NCBI GenBank assembly: GCA_034433795.1
Contig: DAOUAE010000002.1
Location: 26,371 to 90,370 of the forward strand
Source: Chloroflexota bacterium
Lineage (GTDB): Bacteria > Chloroflexota > UBA6077 > FW602-bin22 > DAOUAE01
Reading direction: 5' to 3'
DNA: 64,000 bases
The notes beneath the pieces were generated by a model, which was not told the DNA's origin, did no database searches, and worked only from the letters and a program-made list of their open reading frames with translations. The translations under genes were made by a program, and so were the position numbers. How positions within the stretch are numbered: position 1 is the stretch's first letter; every line of letters starts with the position of its first letter. Of the stretch, positions 36,716 to 48,088 are shown in pieces.

Positions 36716-36808
36716 GAGGACGCGAGGAAAGGACGGACAGTCGCCGGAGCCCGCCGGGCTGGACGGAACGGCGAGCCGGCGGGCTAGGATTTTTAATAGG
36801 GCTTTTCC

Positions 36809-37817
<1,009 letters not shown>

Positions 37818-37843
37818 AACCACCGGACAGGAGAGCACATCCC

Positions 37844-38278
37844 ATGGCCTTTGTCCTGCCGCGCCCGGCCACCACCCGTCTCACCGTCGGCCACCGGCCT
37901 CTGGCCTGGCCCACCCGCCAGACCCTTCCCCGGCGCCTGCTGCTCCTGGGCCTGGCGGCCGCCGCCCTCAGCCTGCTCTACCTGACCCTGGCCAGCCGGG
38001 TGGCCACCACCGGCTACGATCTCCAGGCCCTGACCGACGAGGTCCAGCGCTGGGAGGCCCGTAACCAGCAACTGCGCCAGCAGATCACCCACCTCCAGTC
38101 GCTGGAGCGCGTCGAGCGCGAGGCGAAGGCCCGCCTGCACATGGGCCCGCCCGCCCAGGTCCTCTTTACCCCGCCGCTGCCGGCCCTGGCCAGCCCACCC
38201 GCCCCCTCCCCCACGCCAACACCGGGCTGGCCCCACCGCCTCTGGCAGAGCCTCCGACCGGCCGGCGGGGGAGGCTAG
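37844..38278 (+). CDS. ftsL: Cell division protein FtsL-like
   Basis: Single TM plus coiled coil (LERVEREAKARLHM), positioned between rsmH and the PBP gene. Confidence 0.8.
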   Translation: MAFVLPRPATTRLTVGHRPLAWPTRQTLPRRLLLLGLAAAALSLLYLTLASRVATTGYDLQALTDEVQRWEARNQQLRQQITHLQSLERVEREAKARLHMGPPAQVLFTPPLPALASPPAPSPTPTPGWPHRLWQSLRPAGGGG

Positions 38279-38281
38279 GTC

Positions 38282-40006
38282 ATGCGCGAGCCCGCCCTCT
38301 CGCCCTGGCGACTCTCCGCCATCGGCGCCCTCATCGCCGGCTTCCTCGGCCTCCTGCTGGTCCGCCTGGCCTACCTCCAGGTTTACCAGCACGAGTACTA
38401 CCGCGAACTGGCCCGGGCCGAACACTGGAAGCGCGAGACGATCCCCGCTCCTCGTGGGCGCCTGCTCGACCGCTCTGGCCAGCCGCTGGCCCAGAGCGTG
38501 GTCTTTGACGACCTCCTGGTCGACCCGCGGGCCAGCGGCGATCCGGCCGCCCTGGCCCGGCGCCTGGCTCCGCTGCTCGGCGAGCCCCCCGACCGGCTGG
38601 AGTCGGTGCTGGCGGGGCGCGGCCCGAGCCCGGTCCTCCTGAAACGCGCCCTCCCGGCCGAGGTCGCCGACCAGATCCGTCGGCTCCGTCTCGCCGGGGT
38701 CTCGCTGACCCCAGCCCCCCGACGCCTCTACCCCCAGGGCAGTCTGGCCAGCCAGGTCCTGGGAGTGGTCGGGGCCGACCACCAGGGTCTCAGCGGGCTG
38801 GAGGCCGGGCTCAACCACCTGCTGGCCGGCCAGCCTGGCGAACTCCTGGCCGAACGCGACACCGGCGGCGAGGCCATCGCCCTGGGCCGGCAGCACTACC
38901 GTCCACCGGTCCCCGGCGCCGACGTCGTCCTGACGCTGGACCCCTATATCCAGCGCCTCGCCGAGCGCGAGCTGGAGGCCGCCCTGGAGCGGCACCGGGC
39001 GCGCAGCGGCACCATCGTCGTCCTCGACCCCCGGACCGGGGCGGTTCTGGCGATGGCCGCCCGCCCGACCTTCGATCCCGCCGACCCCAAACTCTTCGAG
39101 CCGGACCGCCTCGGGCTGCTGCGGGTGCCGGCGGTGACGGACAGCTACGAGCCGGGCTCGGTGTTCAAGGTCTTCACCATGGCAGCCGCCATCGACGCCG
39201 GCGCCATCACCCCCGAGACCCCCTACTACGAGACCGGGGTCTTCCGCTACGCCGGCGGGGTGGTGCGCAACGCCATCTTCCGTCCCCCGCATACGGCGAC
39301 GATGACCCTGGCTCTCCAGCGCTCCTCGAACGTAGGGGCCGCCATCGCCGCCACCACCCTGGGCGCCGAGCGCTTCTACCAGTACATCCGGGCCTTCGGC
39401 TTCGGCCAGCCCACCGGGATCGAACTGCCCGGTGAGGCCGCCGGCCTGGTGACCCCGGCCGGCGCCCCCGGCTGGCACCCCTTCAACCTGGCGACCAACG
39501 CCTTCGGCCAGGGTCTGACCGTCACCCCCCTCCAACTGGCTGCGGCCCTGGCGGCCATCGTCAACGACGGCCTGTATCTCCAGCCCCACCTGGTCGCCGA
39601 GGTCCGCCACCCCGATGGCACCGTCACCCGCACGACCCCCCGACCGGTGCGTCAGGTCATCGCCCCGGCGACCGCCCGGACGCTCCAGCGCATGCTGGTC
39701 TCGGTGGTCGAGTTCGTCGACCGCGGGGTGCCGCGGGCCTATCGTCTCCCCGGCTACCACCTGGGTGGCAAGACCGGCACGGCCGAGATCCCCACTCCCC
39801 AGGGCTACACCCAGGACCGCACGATCACCTCGTTCATCGGCTTCGGGCCGGCCGAGGACCCGCGCTTCGTCATCGTGGTGCGTCTCGACGAGCCCCAGGA
39901 CAGTCCCTGGGCCGACGTGGTGGCCGCTCCGGTCTTCAAGGCCCTCGCCCAGCAACTCCTGCTCTACTACCGCATTCCACCCCAGGAGGCCGTGGCCAGT
40001 GGCTGA
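38282..40006 (+). CDS. ftsI: Class B penicillin-binding protein (FtsI/PBP2 family)
   Basis: RGRLLDR, EPGSVFK (SxxK), SSN (SxN) and GKTGT motifs. Confidence 0.92.
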   Translation: MREPALSPWRLSAIGALIAGFLGLLLVRLAYLQVYQHEYYRELARAEHWKRETIPAPRGRLLDRSGQPLAQSVVFDDLLVDPRASGDPAALARRLAPLLGEPPDRLESVLAGRGPSPVLLKRALPAEVADQIRRLRLAGVSLTPAPRRLYPQGSLASQVLGVVGADHQGLSGLEAGLNHLLAGQPGELLAERDTGGEAIALGRQHYRPPVPGADVVLTLDPYIQRLAERELEAALERHRARSGTIVVLDPRTGAVLAMAARPTFDPADPKLFEPDRLGLLRVPAVTDSYEPGSVFKVFTMAAAIDAGAITPETPYYETGVFRYAGGVVRNAIFRPPHTATMTLALQRSSNVGAAIAATTLGAERFYQYIRAFGFGQPTGIELPGEAAGLVTPAGAPGWHPFNLATNAFGQGLTVTPLQLAAALAAIVNDGLYLQPHLVAEVRHPDGTVTRTTPRPVRQVIAPATARTLQRMLVSVVEFVDRGVPRAYRLPGYHLGGKTGTAEIPTPQGYTQDRTITSFIGFGPAEDPRFVIVVRLDEPQDSPWADVVAAPVFKALAQQLLLYYRIPPQEAVASG

Positions 40007-40102
40007 ACGGGCACCCAGCGCAACGACCCCGGCGTCGGAGACGGCGCTGACCGCTCTGGTTTGCGTCGGGCACGACCGCACCGTATACTGGTCTGGGAGA
40101 CC

Positions 40103-41482
40103 ATGCTCAGCCTGAGCGATCTCTGCCAGAACCTGCCGGGCGTCCAGCCAGCCTATCCCTGCGCGGGCGACCTCGTCTTCGCCCGCGTGGTCCACGACTC
40201 GCGCGAGGTCCAGCCGGGCGACCTTTTCGTCGCCCTGCGCGGCCAGCGCGATGGCCACACCTTCATCCCTGACGCCTTCCAGCGCGGGGCCCGCGGGGTG
40301 CTGGCCGAGCGGCTGGTGCCGCTCGACCCCTGGCTGCCGGCCGCCGCCCGTCCCGGCTTCGCCTATCTTCTGGTGCCCGCGACGCTGCCGGCCCTCCAGA
40401 CGCTGGCCGCCTACTGGCGGCGGCGGTTCGCCCTCCCCGTCGTGGCCATCACCGGCAGCGTCGGGAAGACCAGCACCAAAGAGGTCCTGGCCGCCGTTCT
40501 GGAGACCGTCGGGCCGACGCTGCGCAGCCAGCGCAGTTTCAACAACGAGATCGGCGTCCCGCTGACGCTGCTGGGGCTGCGGCCCGAGCACCGCTTCGCC
40601 GTGCTGGAGATGGGCACCTACGGCCCGGGCGAGATCGCCGCCCTCTGCCGGATCGCCCAGCCGACCATCGGGGTTGTCACCAACGTCGGACCGGTCCATC
40701 TGGAGCGGATGGGGAGTCTGGAGACGATCGCCCGGGCCAAAGCCGAGATCGTGGCCGATCTCCCGGCCGACGGCTACGCCGTGCTGAACGGCGACGACCC
40801 GCGCGTCCGGGCCATGGCCGGGCAGACCCGCGCGCGCGTCGTTCTCTACGGTCTGGCAGCGGGGAACGCGCTGCGGGCCGAGGCCATCGAAAGCCGGGGA
40901 CTGCACGGGCTGCGCTTTGCGCTCATCGCCGGCCTCGAGCGGCGAACCATCACCACCCCGCTCATCGGCCGGCACCTGGTCTACGCCGCCCTGGCGGCCG
41001 CCGCGGTCGGGCTCTGCCTGGGGCTCTCCCTCGACCAGATCGCCGAGGGGCTGGCCCGGGCCCGCGTCGGCCTGCGCCTGCAACCGGTTCCGGCCCGCAA
41101 CGGCGCCCTCCTCCTGGACGACACCTACAACGCCAGTCCGGCCTCCTGCCGGGCCGCCCTCGATCTCCTGGCCGAACTCCCTGGGCGAAAGGTCGCCATC
41201 CTGGGCGATATGTATGAACTGGGAGCCTACGAGGAGGAGGGCCACCGCGAGGTCGGCCGCTACGCCGCCGGCCGGGTGGACCACCTCATCGTGGTCGGCC
41301 CCCGGGCCCGCTGGATCGGCGAGGAGGCCGAGCGGGCCGGCCTCAGCTCTGTCGAGTACTACCCGGACCGCCAGGCCGTCCGCTTCACCCCCCAGCCCGG
41401 CGATGTGATCCTGGTCAAGGGGTCGCGCGGGATGCGCATGGAGGAACTGGTCGCCGCCCTGCGGGCGGAGGCGAGCCCGTGA
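40103..41482 (+). CDS. murF: UDP-MurNAc-tripeptide:D-Ala-D-Ala ligase
   Basis: DSREV, ITGSVGKTSTK, NNEIGVP, DDTYNASP, LGDMYELG and VKGSRGM motifs. Start moved to ATG 40103. Confidence 0.95.
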   Translation: MLSLSDLCQNLPGVQPAYPCAGDLVFARVVHDSREVQPGDLFVALRGQRDGHTFIPDAFQRGARGVLAERLVPLDPWLPAAARPGFAYLLVPATLPALQTLAAYWRRRFALPVVAITGSVGKTSTKEVLAAVLETVGPTLRSQRSFNNEIGVPLTLLGLRPEHRFAVLEMGTYGPGEIAALCRIAQPTIGVVTNVGPVHLERMGSLETIARAKAEIVADLPADGYAVLNGDDPRVRAMAGQTRARVVLYGLAAGNALRAEAIESRGLHGLRFALIAGLERRTITTPLIGRHLVYAALAAAAVGLCLGLSLDQIAEGLARARVGLRLQPVPARNGALLLDDTYNASPASCRAALDLLAELPGRKVAILGDMYELGAYEEEGHREVGRYAAGRVDHLIVVGPRARWIGEEAERAGLSSVEYYPDRQAVRFTPQPGDVILVKGSRGMRMEELVAALRAEASP

Positions 41483-42435
41483 TCGGCCCTGTCATCCTGC
41501 CGCTCCTGGTCGCCTTTCTCCTGGGACTGCTGGCCGGGCCGCCCTATATCCGGGCGCTCCGGGCCTACCGGCTGCGTGAGCGCATCCGGCAGGAGCTGCC
41601 GGCCGATCTCCACGCCAAAGCCGGCACCCCCACCATGGGCGGCTGGCTGATCATCGGCGCCGCCTTGCTCAGCGCCCTGGCCCTCAGCCCCGACCGCTCG
41701 ACGATCTGGCCGGTGGCGGGGGCGATGCTGGTCTTCGGCCTGGTCGGGGCGGTGGACGACCTGGCCAAACTCCGGAACCGGGCCGGGGTCGGCCTGGCCG
41801 TGCGCTTCAAACTGGCCGGGCATCTGCTCCTGGCCCTGCTCCTCGCTCTCTGGGTGGTCCTGGGCTACGGCCAGACCACGGCCTGGCTGCCCCTCGCGGG
41901 CCGGCTGGACCTGGGACCCTGGCTGGTCCCCATCGGCACCCTGGCCATCTTCTTCGGGACAGCCGGGGTCAACGAGGTCGACGGCCTCGACGGCCTGGCC
42001 GCCGGGACGACCGCCCTGGCCTTCGCCGCCCTCCTGGCCCTGTCTCTGCAGGCCAGCCAGTGGGCCCTGGCCAGCCTCTGCGCCGCCCTCATCGGGGCGC
42101 TCCTGGCCTTCCTCTGGTTCAACGCCCACCCGGCGATGGTTTTCATGGGCGACACCGGCGCCCTGGCCCTGGGCGCGGCGCTGGGGATGATCAGTCTGCT
42201 CGGCGGCTGGGTCCTGCTGCTCCCGGTCCTGGGTCTGCTCTACGCTCTGGAACTGGTCTCGGTCATCATCCAGGTGGCCTACTTCAAGGCCACCGGTGGC
42301 CGACGTCTTTTCCGCATGAGTCCGTTCCACCACCACCTGCAGCTGAGCGGCTGGCCCGAGGTCCAGATCGTCCAGCGCTTCTGGCTGCTGGCCGCGCTGC
42401 TGGCGGTGCTGACGGTGGCCCTGGGCACACTCTGA
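41479..42435 (+). CDS. mraY: Phospho-MurNAc-pentapeptide transferase
   Basis: KAGTPTMGG, VDD, NEVDGLDGL, FMGDTG and FRMSPFHHH motifs. Confidence 0.96.
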   Translation: MIGPVILPLLVAFLLGLLAGPPYIRALRAYRLRERIRQELPADLHAKAGTPTMGGWLIIGAALLSALALSPDRSTIWPVAGAMLVFGLVGAVDDLAKLRNRAGVGLAVRFKLAGHLLLALLLALWVVLGYGQTTAWLPLAGRLDLGPWLVPIGTLAIFFGTAGVNEVDGLDGLAAGTTALAFAALLALSLQASQWALASLCAALIGALLAFLWFNAHPAMVFMGDTGALALGAALGMISLLGGWVLLLPVLGLLYALELVSVIIQVAYFKATGGRRLFRMSPFHHHLQLSGWPEVQIVQRFWLLAALLAVLTVALGTL

Positions 42436-42446
42436 GGGGAGAGACC

Positions 42447-43820
42447 GTGGACCTGCGCGGGAAACACGCCGTCCTCATCGGGCTGGGCGCCCGGACCCAC
42501 GTCGCCCTGGCCCGCTACCTCATCAACGAGGGGGCGCGGGTGACGATCAGCGACCGCAAGCCGGCCGAAGAGCTGCAGAGGGAGATCGCCCTCCTCGGAG
42601 ACCTGCCGGTCCGCCTCTCGCTGGGCGGCCACCACCCGGAGGACATCCTCGGCGCTGATATCATCTTCGTCAGCCCCGGCGTCCCCCGCAGCCTGCCGAT
42701 TCTGGCCGAAGCCCGGGCCCGGGGCATCCCCATCTCCAGCGAGATCGAGCTCTTCGTCGCCCGTTGCCCAGCCCGCCTCATCGGGATCACCGGCTCCAGC
42801 GGCAAGACCACCACCACCAGCCTGGTCGGCGCGATGCTGGCCACGGCCGGCCGGCGCACCTTCGTCGGCGGCAACATCGGCCGCCCTCTTATCACCGACC
42901 TGCCCACCATCACCCCCGACGACTGGGTGGTCCTGGAACTGAGCAGCTTTCAGCTGGAGCCGCTGGTCCAGAGCCCCCACATCGGTGTGGTCCTGAATAT
43001 TACCCCGAACCATCTGGACCGCCACGGAACGTTCGAGAACTACGTTGCCGCCAAGGCCAACATCATCCGCCACCAGCGGCCGGACGACTGGGCCATCCTC
43101 GGCTACGACGATCCGACCGCGCGCCGGCTGACCGCCCTGGCCCCCGGACGGGTGGCCTTCTTCAGCCTGACCGAGCCGGTCGCGCAGGGAGCCTTCCTGG
43201 CGGGGTCAACGCTCGTCCGGCGCTGGGAGGGCCGGGAGGAGGTCATCTGCTCCCGTTCAGCCCTCCGCCTGCGGGGCGAGCACAACGTCGCCAACGTCCT
43301 GGCCGCCTGCGCGGCGGCCACCGCCGCCGGCGTCCCGGTCGCGGCGCTGCGGGCGGTCGCCACGACGTTCCCGGGCGTCGAGCACCGCCTGGAACTGGTC
43401 CGCGAACTGGACGGTGTCCGGTACTACAACGACTCCATCGCCACCAGCCCCGAGCGGGCCGTGGCCGCCCTCAGGGCCTTCGACGAACCGGTGGTGCTCA
43501 TCGCCGGCGGACGCAGCAAACACCTGCCGCTCGACGACCTGGCCGCCTGGATCTGTCGGAAGTGCCGGGCGGTGGTTCTCCTGGGCGAGATGGCCGACGA
43601 CCTGGCCGCCGCCATCGCTGCCGCCGGCGGCGGCCTGCCCCTGGTCCACGCCGCCGATATGGCCACGGCGGTGCGGGCCGCCCGCCAGCTGGCCCAGCCG
43701 GGCGATGTCGTCCTCCTCTCGCCCGGCGGCACCAGTTTCGACCTGTTCCGCGACTTCGAGGACCGCGGGCACCAGTTCAAGGCCCAGGTGCTCGCGCTGC
43801 CGGAGGGGCCATGCGCCTGA
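42447..43820 (+). CDS. murD: UDP-MurNAc-L-Ala:D-Glu ligase
   Basis: SPGVP, ITGSSGKTTT, GGNIG, ELSSFQL, NHLDRH, YYNDS and LSPGGTSFD motifs. GTG start at 42447. Confidence 0.95.
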   Translation: MDLRGKHAVLIGLGARTHVALARYLINEGARVTISDRKPAEELQREIALLGDLPVRLSLGGHHPEDILGADIIFVSPGVPRSLPILAEARARGIPISSEIELFVARCPARLIGITGSSGKTTTTSLVGAMLATAGRRTFVGGNIGRPLITDLPTITPDDWVVLELSSFQLEPLVQSPHIGVVLNITPNHLDRHGTFENYVAAKANIIRHQRPDDWAILGYDDPTARRLTALAPGRVAFFSLTEPVAQGAFLAGSTLVRRWEGREEVICSRSALRLRGEHNVANVLAACAAATAAGVPVAALRAVATTFPGVEHRLELVRELDGVRYYNDSIATSPERAVAALRAFDEPVVLIAGGRSKHLPLDDLAAWICRKCRAVVLLGEMADDLAAAIAAAGGGLPLVHAADMATAVRAARQLAQPGDVVLLSPGGTSFDLFRDFEDRGHQFKAQVLALPEGPCA

Positions 43821-44941
43821 TCCGTCGTCGCCTCGGCCAGACCGACTACGCCCTGCTCGGAGCGGTGCTGGCGCTGCTGGTCCTGGGGCTGGAGATGGTC
43901 TACAGCGCCAGCTTCGTCATCGCCCACAACAATCCGGCCCTGGGGAGCGACACCTACTTCTTCACCCGTCAGCTCCTCTGGGCTCTCCTCGGCGGGATCG
44001 CTCTTGTGCTGTGCGCCCGGCTGGACTACCACTGGTGGCAGCGGGCCGCGCTGCCCCTCAGCGCCATCGTGGGGCTGATGCTTCTGGCGGTGGCCGCCAC
44101 CCACCTCGGCCACAGCGCCTACGGCGCCCAGCGCTGGCTCCGCCTGGGACCGCTGCCCCCCATCCAGCCGAGCGAGTTCGCTAAGCTGGCGCTGGTCCTG
44201 GGCGCCGCCACCTGGCTGAGCCGGCACCGCGACCGCCTGGCCAGCCTGCGATCCGGACTCCTTCCCTTCTCCCTGGCCCTGGCCGGCGTGGCGACCCTGA
44301 TCATGCTCCAGCCCGACCTCGGCAGCACCATCGTCCTGGTGCTGACCGCCTGGACACTGCTCTTTCTGGCCGGAGCCCCGGTCTGGCACATCCTGCTGGT
44401 GGGAGGCGCCGGGCTGGCCGCCATCCTGGCGCTCAGCCTGAGCGCGCCCTATCGTCTGCAGCGGGTAATGGCCTTCCTCGACCCCAGTCAGGACCCGCTG
44501 GGGATCGGCTGGCACATCATCCAGGCGACCATCGCCCTGGGCTCGGGCGGCCTCCTGGGTCGGGGGCTGGGCGCCAGCCGGCAGAAGTTTTACTACCTGC
44601 CCAGCGCCCACACCGACGCCATCTTTGCGGTCATCGGCGAGGAGCTGGGCTTTCTGGGCACCACCGCCGTCCTGGGTCTCCTGGCCGTCCTGGCCTACCG
44701 GGGTCTGCAGATCGCCCTCCAGGCGCCCGATACCTACGGCGGCCTCCTGGCCGCCGGGATCACCACCTGGCTGGTCTGCCAGGCGCTCATCAACATCGGG
44801 GTGGTGACGGCGGTCCTGCCGTTCACCGGCATCCCGCTGCCGTTCGTGAGCTTCGGCGGCTCGTCGCTCGTCGTGAGCCTGGCCGCTATCGGCATCGTCC
44901 TGAACATCGCCCGCCAGTCGGTCCATGAGGAGTCGTCGTGA
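43811..44941 (+). CDS. ftsW: SEDS-family peptidoglycan glycosyltransferase FtsW
   Basis: GAQRWL, QPSEFAK, QPDLG, HTDAIFAVIGEELG and PFVSFGGSS motifs. Confidence 0.95.
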   Translation: MRLIRRRLGQTDYALLGAVLALLVLGLEMVYSASFVIAHNNPALGSDTYFFTRQLLWALLGGIALVLCARLDYHWWQRAALPLSAIVGLMLLAVAATHLGHSAYGAQRWLRLGPLPPIQPSEFAKLALVLGAATWLSRHRDRLASLRSGLLPFSLALAGVATLIMLQPDLGSTIVLVLTAWTLLFLAGAPVWHILLVGGAGLAAILALSLSAPYRLQRVMAFLDPSQDPLGIGWHIIQATIALGSGGLLGRGLGASRQKFYYLPSAHTDAIFAVIGEELGFLGTTAVLGLLAVLAYRGLQIALQAPDTYGGLLAAGITTWLVCQALINIGVVTAVLPFTGIPLPFVSFGGSSLVVSLAAIGIVLNIARQSVHEESS

Positions 44942-46089
44942 GGCCGCTGGACCTTGCGCCATCTCCTGAGGCACCGCCCGCCCGCCCGCTGCGCATCATG
45001 GCCACCGGCGGGGGCACCGGCGGGCACGTCTACCCGGCTCTGGCCATCCTGGCCACGGCCCGGCCCGCAGCCATTCTCTACGTGGGCACGGCCGGCGGTC
45101 TGGAAGCGGCGATCGTCAGCCGGGCCGGCCTGCCCTTCGTCTCCATTCCGGCCGCCCCGGTCCGGGGCCAGGGCCCACTCGGCCTGGCGGCCGCCCTGCT
45201 CACTCTGGCCCGGGGGCTGCTGGCCGCGCTGCGCCTGGTGGACCACTTCCAGCCCGACGTGATCCTGGCGACCGGGGGCTACGTTTGCGTGCCGGTGGTC
45301 CTGGGCGGCTGGCTGCGCCGGCGGCCGGCCCTCCTGTTCCTGCCGGACGCCGCCCCGGGCCTGGCCGTCCGCTTTCTGGCCCGCTTCGCCCGCGCCGTCG
45401 CCGTCAGCACCCCGGCCGCCGCGCGCTTCCTCCCGGCCGCGAAAGCGGTGGTGACCGGCTACCCGGTGCGCCCGGCGTTGCGCGGCCGCGATCCAACGGC
45501 CGCCCGGCGGCGCCTGGGGATCCCTGCGGCCGAGCGGGTGCTGCTCGTCCTGGGCGGCAGCCGGGGAGCGCGGGCCCTCAACGACGCCGTGGCCGGGGCT
45601 CTCCCCGCCCTCCTCGATCTGGCCGTCGTCATCCACAGCAGTGGCCAGGGCGACTTCGCCGCCCTGGCCGCCCGGCAGGCGGCCCTGCCGCCGGCGAAGC
45701 GTGAGCGTTACCGTCTCTTCGCCTATCTGCACGACGACGATCTGTTCGACGCCCTGGCCGCCGCCGATCTCGTGGTCTGCCGGGCTGGCGCCTCGGTCCT
45801 GGGCGAACTGCCAGCCGCCGGCCGGCCAGCGATCCTGGTCCCCTACCCCTACGCCGGCGCCCACCAGGAGCAGAACGCCGCGGTCCTGGTCGAGGCCGGG
45901 GCGGCCGTGCGGCTGAGCAACACCGATCTCCGCGCCGGCGGGCTGCTGCCCCTGGTACAGCAGCTGCTGCAAGACCCGGCGCGGCTGGCCGCGATGGCGG
46001 CCGCCGCCCGGCGCCTGGACCACCCCGAGGCCGCCAGCCGGCTCGCCCAGCTCCTCCAGACGCTGGCTCAACCGGAGGTCGCCCGATGA
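44938..46089 (+). CDS. murG: Lipid I GlcNAc transferase
   Basis: GGGTGGH, GGYV, GGSRGA, RAGA and HQEQNA motifs. Confidence 0.95.
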   Translation: MRPLDLAPSPEAPPARPLRIMATGGGTGGHVYPALAILATARPAAILYVGTAGGLEAAIVSRAGLPFVSIPAAPVRGQGPLGLAAALLTLARGLLAALRLVDHFQPDVILATGGYVCVPVVLGGWLRRRPALLFLPDAAPGLAVRFLARFARAVAVSTPAAARFLPAAKAVVTGYPVRPALRGRDPTAARRRLGIPAAERVLLVLGGSRGARALNDAVAGALPALLDLAVVIHSSGQGDFAALAARQAALPPAKRERYRLFAYLHDDDLFDALAAADLVVCRAGASVLGELPAAGRPAILVPYPYAGAHQEQNAAVLVEAGAAVRLSNTDLRAGGLLPLVQQLLQDPARLAAMAAAARRLDHPEAASRLAQLLQTLAQPEVAR

Positions 46090-46691
46090 CCCTCCCGCTC
46101 ACCCTGGTGGCCCTGGGCACGGTGCTGGGCCTCTTCGGCCTGGTCGGCGCCTGGCGCGGCTGGCTGCGCGAGGCCGCCGCCCTGGGGGGCGTGCTCCTCG
46201 CCTGGCTGATCGTCGGCCTGACCGGCGAGGGCCTCATCGCCCTCCTCAACCGGCTCTATCTCATCGGACAGTTCATCGGCCAGGGCGGGTTCGACCGGCC
46301 CGATCCCGGCGAGCTGCTGCGGACGCTGCGGGCCCGGCCGCTGCTGACCCCGGCCCAGGCCGGCTGGGTGACCGCTGGCCTCTTTACAGCCCTCACCGCC
46401 CTGGTCTATCTTGTCACCCACCGGCTGCGCGCCCGGGCCCCCGGCCTGGCCGGACCGCTTCTCGGCTTCGGCCTGGGCCTGCTCAACGGCTACCTCGTCA
46501 GTTATGTCACGCTCGGCCAGGTCGCCGGCCTGATCGGCCCGGGGAGCGGCCCTCTCCTCCAGGCCCACCAGGTCCTGGAGCGGTACCTGACCGGGACGGT
46601 CCTCCTGGGGGTCGGACTGGTCCTGATGACTGCCCTGCTCAGCACCTGGCGGCTCTCGGCGCGGGGCCGCCGCCGTTCGGTCAGCGGATGA
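46086..46691 (+). CDS. CvpA-like membrane protein embedded in the dcw cluster
   Basis: Multi-TM protein whose N-terminal GAWRGWLRE resembles the CvpA GxxRGxxxE motif. Overlaps both murG and murC. Confidence 0.6.
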   Translation: MTLPLTLVALGTVLGLFGLVGAWRGWLREAAALGGVLLAWLIVGLTGEGLIALLNRLYLIGQFIGQGGFDRPDPGELLRTLRARPLLTPAQAGWVTAGLFTALTALVYLVTHRLRARAPGLAGPLLGFGLGLLNGYLVSYVTLGQVAGLIGPGSGPLLQAHQVLERYLTGTVLLGVGLVLMTALLSTWRLSARGRRRSVSG

Positions 46692-48088
46692 TGGAGAACG
46701 TTCTGGAGTCGGCCCGTCGCCTGCATCTGATGGGCATTGGCGGCACAGGGCTCGCCCCCCTGGCGCTGGTCCTCCAGGGGCGCGGCTTCCAGGTGAGCGG
46801 CTGCGACCGCGAGGCCAGCCCGACCCTGGACCGGCTGGCCCGCCAGGGCATTGCCACCCACATCGGCCACGCGCCGGCCCACCTGACCGACGCCGACTGT
46901 CTTATCGTCTCCTCGGCCATCCCCGCCGACCATCCGGAGGTGGCGGCCGCCCGCGCGAGCGGCCGGCCGGTCCTCAAGCGCCCGCTGGTCCTGGGCTGGC
47001 TGACCCGCCAGTACCGGACGCTGGCCGTGGCCGGGACCCATGGCAAGACGACGACGACCGCCCTCCTCACCCTGGCCCTCGCGGCCGCCGGGCTGGACCC
47101 GACCGCCATCATCGGCGGCATCGTCCCGGCCCTGGGCGGCGGGGCCCGCCTGGGCCGGGGCGCCCACCTCGTCCTGGAAGCCGACGAGTTCGACCGCACC
47201 TTCCTGGCCCTGCACCCCTGGGCGGCGCTGGTCACTAACCTTGAAGCCGACCACCTGGACTGCTATGGCTCGCTGGCCGCCATCGAGCAGGCGTTCCAGG
47301 CGTTCCTGCAGCGGGTTCCGCCGACCGGCCTGGCGGTCATCTGCGCCGACGACCCGCGTCTCCGGCGCTGCGCCCAGGGCCTGGCCGCCCCGGTTGTCGG
47401 CTACGGACTGGCGTCGACGGCCGAGTGGCAGGCGGTGGATCTGGCGCGGAACCAGCGGGGCGGCTACGATTTCACCGCCACACACGCCGGCCGGCCGGTG
47501 GCCCGGGTCAGCCTGGCCCTGCCAGGGCGGCACAACGTGCTCAACGCCCTGGGCGCCCTGGCGCTGGCCAGCGCGGTCGGCGTTCCCCCGGCGACGGCGG
47601 CCGCCGCCTGGGCCGATTTCACCGGCGTCGCCCGGCGCTTCGAGTTCCGGGGGGCGGCGCGGGGGATAGCGGTCTACGACGACTACGCCCACCATCCGAC
47701 CGAGATCCGGGCGACTCTGGCCGCCGCCCGCGAGCGGAGCCAGGGCCGCGTCTGGTGCGTCTTCCAACCCCATACCTACGGCCGCACCCAGGCCCTCTTC
47801 GCCGAGTTCGCCACCGCCTTCGCCCTGGCCGATGGCGTGATCATCGTCCCGATCTACTCGCCGGCCGGGCGCGAGCAGCCCCTTCCTGGCTGCTCGGCCG
47901 CCGACCTGGCGGCCGCCATCCGCCAGCCGGTGGCCCGCTACGCCCCCGACTGGCCGACGGCGGTGGCCCAGGTCCGCGCCTGGGCCCGGCCCGGCGACCT
48001 CGTCCTGACACTGGGGGCCGGGACGATCACCCATCTCGCCCCCCAGATTCTGCAGGCTCTGGAGGCCAGCGATGACGCCACCGGTTGA
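46688..48088 (+). CDS. murC: UDP-MurNAc:L-Ala ligase
   Basis: MGIGGTG, AGTHGKTTT, EADE, DDYAHHP and FQPH motifs. Confidence 0.96.
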   Translation: MMENVLESARRLHLMGIGGTGLAPLALVLQGRGFQVSGCDREASPTLDRLARQGIATHIGHAPAHLTDADCLIVSSAIPADHPEVAAARASGRPVLKRPLVLGWLTRQYRTLAVAGTHGKTTTTALLTLALAAAGLDPTAIIGGIVPALGGGARLGRGAHLVLEADEFDRTFLALHPWAALVTNLEADHLDCYGSLAAIEQAFQAFLQRVPPTGLAVICADDPRLRRCAQGLAAPVVGYGLASTAEWQAVDLARNQRGGYDFTATHAGRPVARVSLALPGRHNVLNALGALALASAVGVPPATAAAAWADFTGVARRFEFRGAARGIAVYDDYAHHPTEIRATLAAARERSQGRVWCVFQPHTYGRTQALFAEFATAFALADGVIIVPIYSPAGREQPLPGCSAADLAAAIRQPVARYAPDWPTAVAQVRAWARPGDLVLTLGAGTITHLAPQILQALEASDDATG

